Origin: a virus
Length of the DNA: 64,000 nt
IMG/VR virus record: IMGVR_UViG_3300021087_000857
Location: 46,271-110,270 of that record
Direction: 5' to 3' (one strand)
Below the pieces are notes generated by a model. The model did no database searches. It was not told the DNA's origin and saw only the letters and a program-made list of their open reading frames with translations. The translations under genes and the position numbers were made by a program. Positions 28,811 to 37,773 of the stretch are shown here, in pieces. The number at the start of each line of letters is the position of its first letter. The first letter of the stretch is position 1.

Positions 28811-29975
28811 ATTTTGCTACATGCCTTGGCATGCAATTACGCTAAGTGCAAATGGTGACATTAAGCCTTGTTGTCAGTTTAGTAACAAAGGGCGTATGCC
28901 TAATACTGAACATGACACTATTATGGAAAACTTTAATAGTGAGCGTATGCAAGACTTACGCAAAGACTTTTTAAAAGGTGTACAACCTAGTGCTTGCAAC
29001 AGTTGTTGGGAGAGAGAAGATTTAGTAGGGCAAAGTAGACGCTTATGGTTTAATAAGAAGTTTATGAAATTTAATGCAGATTTTATAAACGGCAACCACC
29101 CTACAACATATGATGTTCCTAACCCTAAGTTCTATCAAGCAGACATTAACTTATCAAATGTATGTAACTTAAAATGTCGTATGTGTGGAAGTTGGGCAAG
29201 CAATAGTTGGTTTGACGAAGAATTAGCACTTGCTAAAATAGACAAACGCTACGAGAAAAATAGTAATCCTATTCCATTGCAACAATATGGATTAGAAGAT
29301 TTACGCAATATGCTACCGCATCTAAAAGATGTAAAACGCATAGACTTTAAAGGTGGTGAGCCCATGATGGCAAAACATCACAATCAATTCCTACAATGGC
29401 TCATTGAAGAAGGTATGACTGATGTAGAATTATTTTATACAACAAACGGCACAGTTGTTAATCCTAAAATATTAAACTTGCTAAAACAGTTTAAACATGT
29501 TAGTATATGTTTTAGTATAGAAGGCACAGGAGAGCTATATAGATACATCAGAGGTGGCAAATATCAATTAGAAGATTTTGAAAAAACACTAGCAATGTAC
29601 AATGAATTAGAAAATGTAAAAATTATGTTCAATGTAACACTGCAAAATTATAACGTTTTCAACTTGCCAGAATTGCATTTCTTCCTTCACGAAATGGAAG
29701 ATAAATATAGTAAAGTAAGTGCAAACAGTAGTTTCACTACTATCTGTAACAAACCAGCATATTTAAGTCCAATGAACTTACCAGATGATTTACGAGATCA
29801 AGCAATTAAAAACTTATCTCTGTTTGATGATTTTGACAAGCTAGTAGAGAGTATGAAGACTAGAACATTTAATCCTGAGCTATGGGAAACATTTATTAAC
29901 TTTACAAATGACTTAGATAAAATGCGAGGCGACAGTGTAAGGGATGCAGTGCCTCAACTAAAGGAATATTTTTAA
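28803..29975 (+). CDS. radical SAM protein, N-terminal twitch (#10)
   Basis: CYMPW...PCC...CNSC; CNLKCRMC; KGGEP. Confidence 0.9.
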   Translation: MNKFCYMPWHAITLSANGDIKPCCQFSNKGRMPNTEHDTIMENFNSERMQDLRKDFLKGVQPSACNSCWEREDLVGQSRRLWFNKKFMKFNADFINGNHPTTYDVPNPKFYQADINLSNVCNLKCRMCGSWASNSWFDEELALAKIDKRYEKNSNPIPLQQYGLEDLRNMLPHLKDVKRIDFKGGEPMMAKHHNQFLQWLIEEGMTDVELFYTTNGTVVNPKILNLLKQFKHVSICFSIEGTGELYRYIRGGKYQLEDFEKTLAMYNELENVKIMFNVTLQNYNVFNLPELHFFLHEMEDKYSKVSANSSFTTICNKPAYLSPMNLPDDLRDQAIKNLSLFDDFDKLVESMKTRTFNPELWETFINFTNDLDKMRGDSVRDAVPQLKEYF

Positions 29976-30691
29976 TGCTAGTAGCTTTAGAAGACAATCA
30001 CGCACCAAAAGACGAACTACTTAGAGTAGAATGGAACTTGGGTAAGCGTTGCAACTACAACTGTAGTTATTGTGGAAATGAATTACACAATAAGACTAGC
30101 GACCATATGAGTTGGGAAGTATACACTGCTACAATAGATAAAATAGTAGAAGCATCAAATGGTAAAAAGATTAAAATTAGTTTTACAGGTGGTGAGCCAT
30201 TTGTACACCCACAGTTTATTGACATGTTAAAATATGCTAAAGAGAACGGCGTATACAGATGTAGTGTAACAACCAACGGAAGTCCTCCACCTAAGATATA
30301 CAAAAAAGCATTGCCGTATTTACATTATGTTATTATAAGTTATCACTTTGAATTTGCATATCATGAGAAAGTAATTAATAACATTACAGGTATGTGGGCA
30401 GACATACAGGAATATAGAGCTAAAGATGACTACAAAGGAATGCATGTACATATTATGGCGTTGCCTGGACACATGGATAAATGGAAAGAAATTATAAACG
30501 AATTAAAAGAGTGTGGCGTTGAATATACAGTTCGTAAAATTAGGCCACGTGTTAATGAAAACCGTACAGGTTGGAATAAACCATATGCTGACGGTATGTT
30601 AGGGCAACATCCTATACATGAAGAAACTGAAAAGTTTGCTGGACAATATTATAGTGTAGAAGAAGAAAAATGGTTAACTGAAAATGTATGA
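29975..30691 (+). CDS. radical SAM core only (#11, N-terminal half of a split gene)
   Basis: WNLGKRCNYNCSYC, TGGEPFVHP; no auxiliary Cys domain. Confidence 0.85.
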   Translation: MLVALEDNHAPKDELLRVEWNLGKRCNYNCSYCGNELHNKTSDHMSWEVYTATIDKIVEASNGKKIKISFTGGEPFVHPQFIDMLKYAKENGVYRCSVTTNGSPPPKIYKKALPYLHYVIISYHFEFAYHEKVINNITGMWADIQEYRAKDDYKGMHVHIMALPGHMDKWKEIINELKECGVEYTVRKIRPRVNENRTGWNKPYADGMLGQHPIHEETEKFAGQYYSVEEEKWLTENV

Positions 30692-31874
30692 AGATAAAGT
30701 AAGAGAGTGGTTAATGCAACCCGGTAATAACTTTTGTGCGTTGCCATTTACACATATGGCAATAGAAGCCAACGGCGATATAAGACCTTGTTGTATGGGC
30801 GATGAATTTGATTTAAACATTAGAAATAAAACAATACAACAAGTATACAACGACCCAAAAAGACTACAATTTGTAGACAGTTTTAGACGAAACGAACAAA
30901 ATCCTGCATGTCATAAATGTTGGAAAGATCCAGAAATAAGAGCTAATTTTTCAACATCACCTCATGCCAGAGAAATAACAAAACAAGCAATGGACGGAAT
31001 AACACCTAAGCATGAATTAAAATGGTTAGAAATTAAACCAGGAAATAGATGTAATTTAAAATGTAGAATATGTGGAGTACATAATAGTAGTAGTTGGACA
31101 AAAGATACTGCGGCAATAGAAGAGCCCAAAGTAAAGTATAAAAACAGCGAAGCATTTAAATATACGCAATCATGTGATTGGATAGATGATCCAGAATTTT
31201 GGAATGATCTAAATCAACTAGAATCAATAGAGTATTTGCATTTTATGGGCGGCGAACCTTTTATGGTTCCTGAGCACTTTCAATTAATAGAACGTTTAGT
31301 AAACGATCCTAACATTGATACTAGTAATATTACAATCGGATACAATACAAATGGAACATACTTTCCTAGCAAAGAAAACTTTGAGCTATACAATAATTTT
31401 AAGCAAGTAAACTTTGCATTAAGTATAGATGATATTGATGAGAGATTTAACTACCAGCGTAAATTAGCTAATTGGGAAGAAGTAAAAAGTAATATTAAGA
31501 ATTTTCAAAAATTAAATAAAGACCAATATTTTGTACATTTGGATCCTACTATAAGTATATATAATATATTTTATTTAAATGAAATCACTAAAACATTTAA
31601 TGATTTAGGATATCATAATTTTATTAAACAACGACATTTTGTAAATAATGGGTATAACGCAATTCACATATTACCACAACATATAAAAAGTGTTATTGTA
31701 GAAAAGTACAAAGACACTGATAACATATGGATTAAGCGAGCAGTAGATTATATGAATAGTCAACCAACAGATAATAACTTATGGGAAATATTTAAAAAGA
31801 ATACTACTAGATTAGATTCATTAAGAAGCGAAAACTTTCAAAACACATTTAAGGAATTTTATGAGCACTTTTAA
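30684..31874 (+). CDS. radical SAM protein, N-terminal twitch (#12)
   Basis: CALPF...PCC...CHKC; CNLKCRIC; MGGEP. Confidence 0.9.
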   Translation: MYEDKVREWLMQPGNNFCALPFTHMAIEANGDIRPCCMGDEFDLNIRNKTIQQVYNDPKRLQFVDSFRRNEQNPACHKCWKDPEIRANFSTSPHAREITKQAMDGITPKHELKWLEIKPGNRCNLKCRICGVHNSSSWTKDTAAIEEPKVKYKNSEAFKYTQSCDWIDDPEFWNDLNQLESIEYLHFMGGEPFMVPEHFQLIERLVNDPNIDTSNITIGYNTNGTYFPSKENFELYNNFKQVNFALSIDDIDERFNYQRKLANWEEVKSNIKNFQKLNKDQYFVHLDPTISIYNIFYLNEITKTFNDLGYHNFIKQRHFVNNGYNAIHILPQHIKSVIVEKYKDTDNIWIKRAVDYMNSQPTDNNLWEIFKKNTTRLDSLRSENFQNTFKEFYEHF

Positions 31875-32187
31875 AAACATTATTGTACACTATGAAGATG
31901 GTACAAGCGAAGAAGATAACGTAAACAGTGTTATGGCACGTGATGAAAATGATTTTCGTGGATGGGAATGTTGGGCTGGTGTACAAAATATTACTATAAG
32001 TAACACAGGTGATGTGTATAGAGCTATATGTAAAGTGGGTGGCAAACTAGGAAACATTTATGATGGGTTTGAAATGCCTAAAGAAACTATTATATGTAAT
32101 AAGCCAAGATGTGTATGTGCTGCTGATGTACAGTTATCAAAAGCACTACCAGAACATGTGCATAAATTAAGGGTAGGAAATGAATAA
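31861..32187 (+). CDS. stand-alone SPASM/twitch domain (C-terminal half of #11)
   Basis: FRGWECWAG...GDVYRAIC...LGNIY...ICNKPRCVCAAD matches the C-terminus of #14. Confidence 0.8.
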   Translation: MSTFKNIIVHYEDGTSEEDNVNSVMARDENDFRGWECWAGVQNITISNTGDVYRAICKVGGKLGNIYDGFEMPKETIICNKPRCVCAADVQLSKALPEHVHKLRVGNE

Positions 32188-33508
32188 AGAATTTTGGAAC
32201 AGTGATAAAACAAATAAGTATGAAGCTTTTTATGAACATGCAGTAGATAAACTAAAAGGTCTAGATGTAAACATACATACTTTTTGCCCATTGCCTTTTA
32301 CTCATGTAAGTACTATGCCACATGGAGAAATAAAGTTATGTTGTAGAGCACAACCACCTCAACATGGACCTAACCCAAATGTTAAAGACAAAGATTTTAA
32401 TCTCAAAGAATACTGGCAAAGTGAATACATGAACGAAGTACGTGATGATCTTATATTAGGTAAAAAGCACTTCCAATGTAAAAATTGTTGGAAAATGGAA
32501 GACAATGAAATTGTTAGTTTACGTATGAATAGGCTTATGGATCTTATGGATAATGAGATCTATAGAAAGAATATAGAATATTATATAAGACATAGAGAAA
32601 TAGAATTTAAAATTCCACTCATTGAACTTAAATTAAGTAACGTATGTAACTTTAAGTGCAGAATGTGTTGGCCAAAAGACAGTTCAAAATGGGTTACTGA
32701 TTGGGATAAAGTAAAAGAGTTTTACAGTGTGGGTGATAAACGTTATATAGAAGAAATAGTAGACAGCAATGATTTACGTAAAACTCGTGTAATGAATTTA
32801 TATGAAAAGGACGAAGAATTTGTAGGGAACCTAATTGAGCTTATGGAACACGTAGAAGAACTTGAATTTGCAGGTGGCGAGCCTCTTATGGACCCAATTC
32901 ATTATCGTGTACTAGACAGTATTCCGCACCCAGAAAATGTTACATTAAAATATAGTACAAATTTAAGTATTATGAAAATGGGTAAACATAGCGTAATTGA
33001 CTTGTGGAAGAAATTTAAAAAAATTAAATTAACAGTTAGTATAGACGGACACCGAGAACTTAATCATATGATTCGTAGAGGATCTGATTGGGATTTATTA
33101 AAAAGCAATATTGAACTAGTTAAAAGAGAACTTGATAACTTAGATGTTATTAAAGGAACTACTTGTATAAGTGGTATGAATGCTGCGGAATTAGGCGAAA
33201 CAGCGGAAGCAATTGTATTTGAACTAGGCATACACTGGCATACAAGCCGTGTACAATGGCCTGATTTCCTACATGCAAATGTATTAAGCCCAGAGCAACT
33301 ACAAACAGGAATAGACGGCTTAAAACGGGTATTTGATAGCTTAAACACGCCAGAAAGATGCGAAACTCCTAGGCGTACTATGTTTGAAACACATTTAAAT
33401 GGTGCTATTAGTTGGTTAGAAACATGTATAAAAGATAATAAACATACAGAAAAATACGAAGCATTTAGTAAATTTAATGAAACAATAACAGATATGGATA
33501 AAGAATAA
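32180..33508 (+). CDS. radical SAM protein, N-terminal twitch (#13)
   Basis: CPLPF...LCC...CKNC; CNFKCRMC; AGGEP. Confidence 0.9.
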   Translation: MNKEFWNSDKTNKYEAFYEHAVDKLKGLDVNIHTFCPLPFTHVSTMPHGEIKLCCRAQPPQHGPNPNVKDKDFNLKEYWQSEYMNEVRDDLILGKKHFQCKNCWKMEDNEIVSLRMNRLMDLMDNEIYRKNIEYYIRHREIEFKIPLIELKLSNVCNFKCRMCWPKDSSKWVTDWDKVKEFYSVGDKRYIEEIVDSNDLRKTRVMNLYEKDEEFVGNLIELMEHVEELEFAGGEPLMDPIHYRVLDSIPHPENVTLKYSTNLSIMKMGKHSVIDLWKKFKKIKLTVSIDGHRELNHMIRRGSDWDLLKSNIELVKRELDNLDVIKGTTCISGMNAAELGETAEAIVFELGIHWHTSRVQWPDFLHANVLSPEQLQTGIDGLKRVFDSLNTPERCETPRRTMFETHLNGAISWLETCIKDNKHTEKYEAFSKFNETITDMDKE

Positions 33509-34677
33509 TGAGTGATAAAGATTTAAAATGGAGTGAATACGACTTTACAAAAACACCGTATGAAGATATAGTTCGAGTAGGACAACGTACTATGTTATAC
33601 AGAGATATGTTTACAGTAAGTTGGTTGCTAGGTAGATTTTGTAACTACAATTGTAGTTATTGTTGGCCTTATGCTAGAAGTAATAGAAAAGATCACAGAC
33701 CTACAGAACTTAACTTAAAAACAATCGATGAGATTAAACGTCAGGCACGTGAGCGTGGCTTTAATAGTTTCCACTTTAGTTTAAGTGGAGGTGAACCTAC
33801 GTTCCATCCAGGCTATTTAGATATGTTAAAACATTTAAGTGATGATTGTCATAACACCAATTATACAAGTGTACATATGACAAGTAACTGTAGTCGTAAC
33901 ATGAAATGGTTTAAAACTTATGTGGACTATGCTTCAAAGTTTCATAGAGCTAGTATTACTTGTAGTTTACATGTTGAGCATGTTGACACAACTGAGAAGA
34001 TGCAGGATCTTGCAGACAAACTTATACTATGCCAAGAACACGATGTACAAGTAACTATTAACATGGTTATGGTTCCTGAAGTTTTTGATCAATATTATGA
34101 TAATGCATTGTTTTTCCATAATCAAGGAATTAATGTTACACTTAAACCTCAATCAGACCCAACTGCAAGTAGAGTAGTTGATGGTTATACAGAGGAAATG
34201 AAAAAGAAATTACACAATGGTATGCCACAACGTGGATACACAGAAGCAAAAGCAAAACAAAAGAAGTTAGTAACTAGACCAGACCCAGCATTTAAAGTAG
34301 ACATAGAAGATGAATATAGAAAACAGACCGCAGCAGTTCCGTGGCATATGCAAGTAGAATTCAGAGATAGCAAAGGTGATCCTTATTACATGGATCAAGC
34401 AGAACGCTTTAATGCATTTGACTTTAACAAGTTCAAAGGTTGGGAATGTAGTAGTGGATACCGCAGTATAATTATACGTGAACCAGATGGTTCTATTAAA
34501 CGTAGTTATAGTTGTGGAGATCAACCGTTGGGTAATATTGAAACAGGATTTAAGTTATTTGACGGTCCTGAAATATGTACTACCAATGCTTGTGTAAGTA
34601 GTGCTGATAGTAAAATTCCAAAACGTGCACCAGGAACAAAAATGCCTCTATTTCCTGGTGATGAAACTTTTAAATAA
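33508..34677 (+). CDS. radical SAM protein with C-terminal twitch (#14)
   Basis: WLLGRFCNYNCSYC; SGGEP; FKGWECSSG...LGNI...CTTNACVSSAD. Confidence 0.9.
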   Translation: MSDKDLKWSEYDFTKTPYEDIVRVGQRTMLYRDMFTVSWLLGRFCNYNCSYCWPYARSNRKDHRPTELNLKTIDEIKRQARERGFNSFHFSLSGGEPTFHPGYLDMLKHLSDDCHNTNYTSVHMTSNCSRNMKWFKTYVDYASKFHRASITCSLHVEHVDTTEKMQDLADKLILCQEHDVQVTINMVMVPEVFDQYYDNALFFHNQGINVTLKPQSDPTASRVVDGYTEEMKKKLHNGMPQRGYTEAKAKQKKLVTRPDPAFKVDIEDEYRKQTAAVPWHMQVEFRDSKGDPYYMDQAERFNAFDFNKFKGWECSSGYRSIIIREPDGSIKRSYSCGDQPLGNIETGFKLFDGPEICTTNACVSSADSKIPKRAPGTKMPLFPGDETFK

Positions 34678-34935
34678 ATGTATAGTCAGAGTGGGCGTTT
34701 TGCAAATAGGTTGAAAATGGGAATAATACGAAGACCCAATACTGTTAAAAGAGTATTTACTTGGTTTCCAAAGCGTATGAGTAGTGGAAAATTAACAATA
34801 GGGCATTACTACGAAATGACAATATTTAAATATGGAGCTGATCCTAGACATGCTTTTTGGATTCAAAAAAAATACTCCGAAAAGGAGTATTTCTTATTAA
34901 AGCTACAAGGTGTAGCAGAATTTACACTAAATTAA
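34678..34935 (+). CDS. hypothetical protein
   Basis: Coupled ORF; shares TTAA with the convergent gene at the strand switch. Confidence 0.55.
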   Translation: MYSQSGRFANRLKMGIIRRPNTVKRVFTWFPKRMSSGKLTIGHYYEMTIFKYGADPRHAFWIQKKYSEKEYFLLKLQGVAEFTLN

Positions 34936-35384
34936 ATTTTTGTCCATTTGTGTTTAGCATATCCTTCTTTTTCTGCCCAACGTATAAACAATCCAACTTC
35001 TCTACCATTAGCTTCAATTTCCCAAGGTAAGTCCCAATAGTCTGTATTAGTAGGAACGAACTGATCTTTCCATTTATAGTACTTGTCTTCCTTATAAGAC
35101 CAATCATTCATTTCACGTCTAGCATATTGCTTAACATGTACCATTTCATGTGCAACAGTTTCTAGCATTTTTCTTAATGTCAGTGAACTATCTACTTCTA
35201 TTTCAAAATCTCTATTTGATTCACGCAAACAATATCCTTCTGCATCACCTGTAATACTAGTAACTTTAATGTCAATATTAAGAGAATTCATTCTAGGCAT
35301 AAGTTTCTTAATACAAAACTCTACCATAGAAGTAATTTTATCTTGTTGGCTTTTTTTACCACCTTTTATTGAAATATAATTCAT
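34932..35384 (-). CDS. HExxH zinc-metallopeptidase-like protein
   Basis: TVAHEMVHVKQ, PWEIEA. Confidence 0.75.
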   Translation of the reverse strand: MNYISIKGGKKSQQDKITSMVEFCIKKLMPRMNSLNIDIKVTSITGDAEGYCLRESNRDFEIEVDSSLTLRKMLETVAHEMVHVKQYARREMNDWSYKEDKYYKWKDQFVPTNTDYWDLPWEIEANGREVGLFIRWAEKEGYAKHKWTKI

Positions 35385-35390
35385 CTATTA

Positions 35391-35627
35391 TTATTGTCCC
35401 AAATAATCTGTTTTCAACACATCCAAACGATTTGCGGCTTGATTCAATTCAAACTGATCAGCCATGTCATTAAACCAGCTCAAGTAGTTTTCACCAATCT
35501 TATCAGCAAAACCATCTAAGTGCATATCTGCATCAACATAGTTCCAATTAACTTCATTGTTCTCATCAATGTTTTCTGGGTTTGTAGCGGCCTTTTCAAA
35601 TGCTTGGATAAATTTTGCGTCTAACAT
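35391..35627 (-). CDS. small acidic early protein
   Basis: AAGGAG RBS just downstream of cassette B. Confidence 0.75.
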   Translation of the reverse strand: MLDAKFIQAFEKAATNPENIDENNEVNWNYVDADMHLDGFADKIGENYLSWFNDMADQFELNQAANRLDVLKTDYLGQ

Positions 35628-35658
35628 ACAGTTCTCCTTTTGCGTTGTTTATGTATAT

Positions 35659-35727
35659 ATTATAACAAGATTTCTTGGTGTTGTCAACCTTTAAGGTCAT
35701 AAAAAAACCCTTGAAAAACAAGGGTTT
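35659..35727 (-). promoter_or_regulatory. terminator + early promoter cassette (copy B)
   Basis: AAACCCTTG/CAAGGGTTT hairpin with T-tract; AAAGGTTGACAACACCAAGAAATCTTGTTATAAT. Confidence 0.85.
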
Positions 35728-35745
35728 GTAAAATAAATTAATTTA

Positions 35746-36414
35746 TTATTCTACATTATTGCGAGATTCATATGCAGAACTATTGCCTTGAACAACATTA
35801 TCACCTACGCCTGTAAAAACATTGTTACTGCTAGATCCAAAACCTTGAGCCTGATTTTTAAAAGCAGAATCATGGTCTCTAGCAGTGTTTTCTCCAGTAT
35901 CTGGCTGATCGTGTATAGCATTTATAATACGTTGATCTACTCCATCACGCTTTAGTTGACTCTTTTTTGTTGGTAATGGACTTCTTTCTATATTATCAAA
36001 TTGTATTTCAAAACTTTTACTTTGATCTTTACGATCGCCATCTGCTTTTTTAAACTTGCCTTTTTCTGGTTTTCCTTTACCTGCCGCTTCGGCTAATTCT
36101 TGCATTTTTTTAGCATTATCTTCTGTGTACGGAATTCTGTAATATACTGGTTGTAGTTCTCCAACTGGTCTTACATTAAAATAGATATGTGGCTTTTGTA
36201 CTTCAACCCATATTACTTCTACTTGTTCTTCTGGTATACCATCAATTGGAGTACCTTGTAATGCAAGCATTGTATATCCTGAAAAAATACTTGATACTAA
36301 AGCAAGTGGAATTAAAAAGAATGTTAATGTATTATTTCTGCCTAATTGTATTAGTGCATATACTGTAAGTATTGCTAACCCAAGTAATAATCCTATTCCT
36401 GCATATATAATCAT
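35746..36414 (-). CDS. two-TM membrane protein with soluble C-terminal domain
   Basis: Two N-terminal hydrophobic helices; third gene of a membrane triad. Confidence 0.7.
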   Translation of the reverse strand: MIIYAGIGLLLGLAILTVYALIQLGRNNTLTFFLIPLALVSSIFSGYTMLALQGTPIDGIPEEQVEVIWVEVQKPHIYFNVRPVGELQPVYYRIPYTEDNAKKMQELAEAAGKGKPEKGKFKKADGDRKDQSKSFEIQFDNIERSPLPTKKSQLKRDGVDQRIINAIHDQPDTGENTARDHDSAFKNQAQGFGSSSNNVFTGVGDNVVQGNSSAYESRNNVE

Positions 36415-37052
36415 TGTCCTACTCCTGTTCCTCTAGTTGGAACAACATCTCTTACATGTTTAAATATTGACTTAACATTACCTTTACCGTCAACACTAAA
36501 TCCAGGCAATCGTTGTATTTCTCTGTTTACTATAAATTCACCTTGTATACTATATAGTTGTCTGAATGCATTAACTTTCATTACGGTTACTGTATAAGGC
36601 ACAACTGCCTCGCTTTGTCTTTTTGAATAGGCATGTACTGCCACATAGTAATCACCAGGAACAATGCCTCTAAGTGTTATTGTTTCTCTGTTTGTTCTAA
36701 GAAAAACATCTTGGCCATCTATTGTAATTTTATCATTAGATGTGCCTAAGTCATCTCTATCTAAGTGTAGTGGAGTATTTTCTCTATTACTAAAACCTAC
36801 TGGTCTGTCGTTGTTTAACTGTACCCATATGTCCAAATCTGTTGAAGATTCAGAGTCCCATTCTAACACAACCATAAACTCTGCTTTTACAGGTATGTCT
36901 GCCTTTTTTGCAATAGGATTGATAAGAAGAAATGCTATAACAAATAGCATAACAAAACCAATTAGTACATTAAATAATAAATCATTAAATGCTAAGTTAG
37001 ATCCTGTTCTCCTTTTCTTTCCTGCGAAAAAGTTTTCTTGATTTTTAGGCAT
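36411..37052 (-). CDS. MotB/TolR/ExbD-like single-TM protein
   Basis: AFNDLLFNVLIGFVMLF (Asp at the start of the TM), then a WD...DLDIWV...LDRDDLG...NRE beta domain. Confidence 0.6.
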   Translation of the reverse strand: MPKNQENFFAGKKRRTGSNLAFNDLLFNVLIGFVMLFVIAFLLINPIAKKADIPVKAEFMVVLEWDSESSTDLDIWVQLNNDRPVGFSNRENTPLHLDRDDLGTSNDKITIDGQDVFLRTNRETITLRGIVPGDYYVAVHAYSKRQSEAVVPYTVTVMKVNAFRQLYSIQGEFIVNREIQRLPGFSVDGKGNVKSIFKHVRDVVPTRGTGVGQ

Positions 37053-37485
37053 ACTCTTGCTCTTGTATAATTACTTGCACTTTCACAAATAAACTTGCAA
37101 TCAAACCACATAGTGTAGTTAGTAGTGCGGTACTCATACCAGAAGCCATATCGGTAATAACACGTTTCATACTGTCTACATTACTTGGATCAATTTCTGC
37201 AAAGCTACTTCCTAGCATAAGCATAAATCCAATAACAGTTCCTACCATACCCACTGTCATGCAGGCCTCACCTATAAACCAAGGTGTTTCAAAATCATTT
37301 CTATCTTTTAAACTTCTGTAACCAATGCTGGTTGTCGCAGTAATCCACATTGCTATAATTACGAAGCTCAATTTAGTTGAATCGTTTTCAAACAAAAAAG
37401 GGATAGCACCATAGTATATTGCTGTCCCTAAACCGATGATTTGCATAACAACAATCAACCACCAAACTAAAAATCTCTTATTCAT
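37045..37485 (-). CDS. MotA/TolQ/ExbB proton-channel family protein
   Basis: GMVGTVIG and GMSTALLTTLCGL signatures. Confidence 0.8.
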   Translation of the reverse strand: MNKRFLVWWLIVVMQIIGLGTAIYYGAIPFLFENDSTKLSFVIIAMWITATTSIGYRSLKDRNDFETPWFIGEACMTVGMVGTVIGFMLMLGSSFAEIDPSNVDSMKRVITDMASGMSTALLTTLCGLIASLFVKVQVIIQEQEYA

Positions 37486-37514
37486 TTAACGTTCTCTCTC
37501 TAATTACTTACTAG

Positions 37515-37521
37515 TATTTAT
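37515..37521 (-). promoter_or_regulatory. late-type promoter motif ATAAATA
   Basis: Intergenic, 30 nt before the MotA/ExbB-like ATG. Confidence 0.5.
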
Positions 37522-37773
37522 CTAAATTTTGTTAGATAAACGAAAAAGCATCGCTTGTTCTTCGTTGAACAAAAAATAAACCTGAACCCATCCTCCGGTA
37601 ACATAACCAAGGCTAGAGTTAAAGTCTTTATATCTACTTGTTTCAGTAAATATTACTTTTTTAGGTTGATATTCTTTTACTAATTGCTGAACTTGTTCTA
37701 TTGTTCCTGAAACTTTATATGATATTTGTTCACCATAATAGTCTAAACTTTTATCAATTTGTATCTGTCTCAT
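37522..37773 (-). CDS. hypothetical protein
   Basis: Coupled ORF ending EEQAMLFRL. Confidence 0.6.
   Translation of the reverse strand: MRQIQIDKSLDYYGEQISYKVSGTIEQVQQLVKEYQPKKVIFTETSRYKDFNSSLGYVTGGWVQVYFLFNEEQAMLFRLSNKI

Noticed and set aside
30684-31874. Intron or target-site-duplicated mobile element explaining the split radical-SAM gene
   Set aside because: TATGA occurs at both junctions, but joining there leaves an in-frame stop. No intron structure or nuclease ORF is present.
9383-34677. RiPP cluster interpretation of the radical-SAM/SPASM array
   Set aside because: No leader/core precursor peptide, repeated core motif or PqqD/RRE domain was recognised. The small ORFs at 22160 and 34678 look like ordinary globular proteins. 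It is not excluded if precursors lie outside the window.
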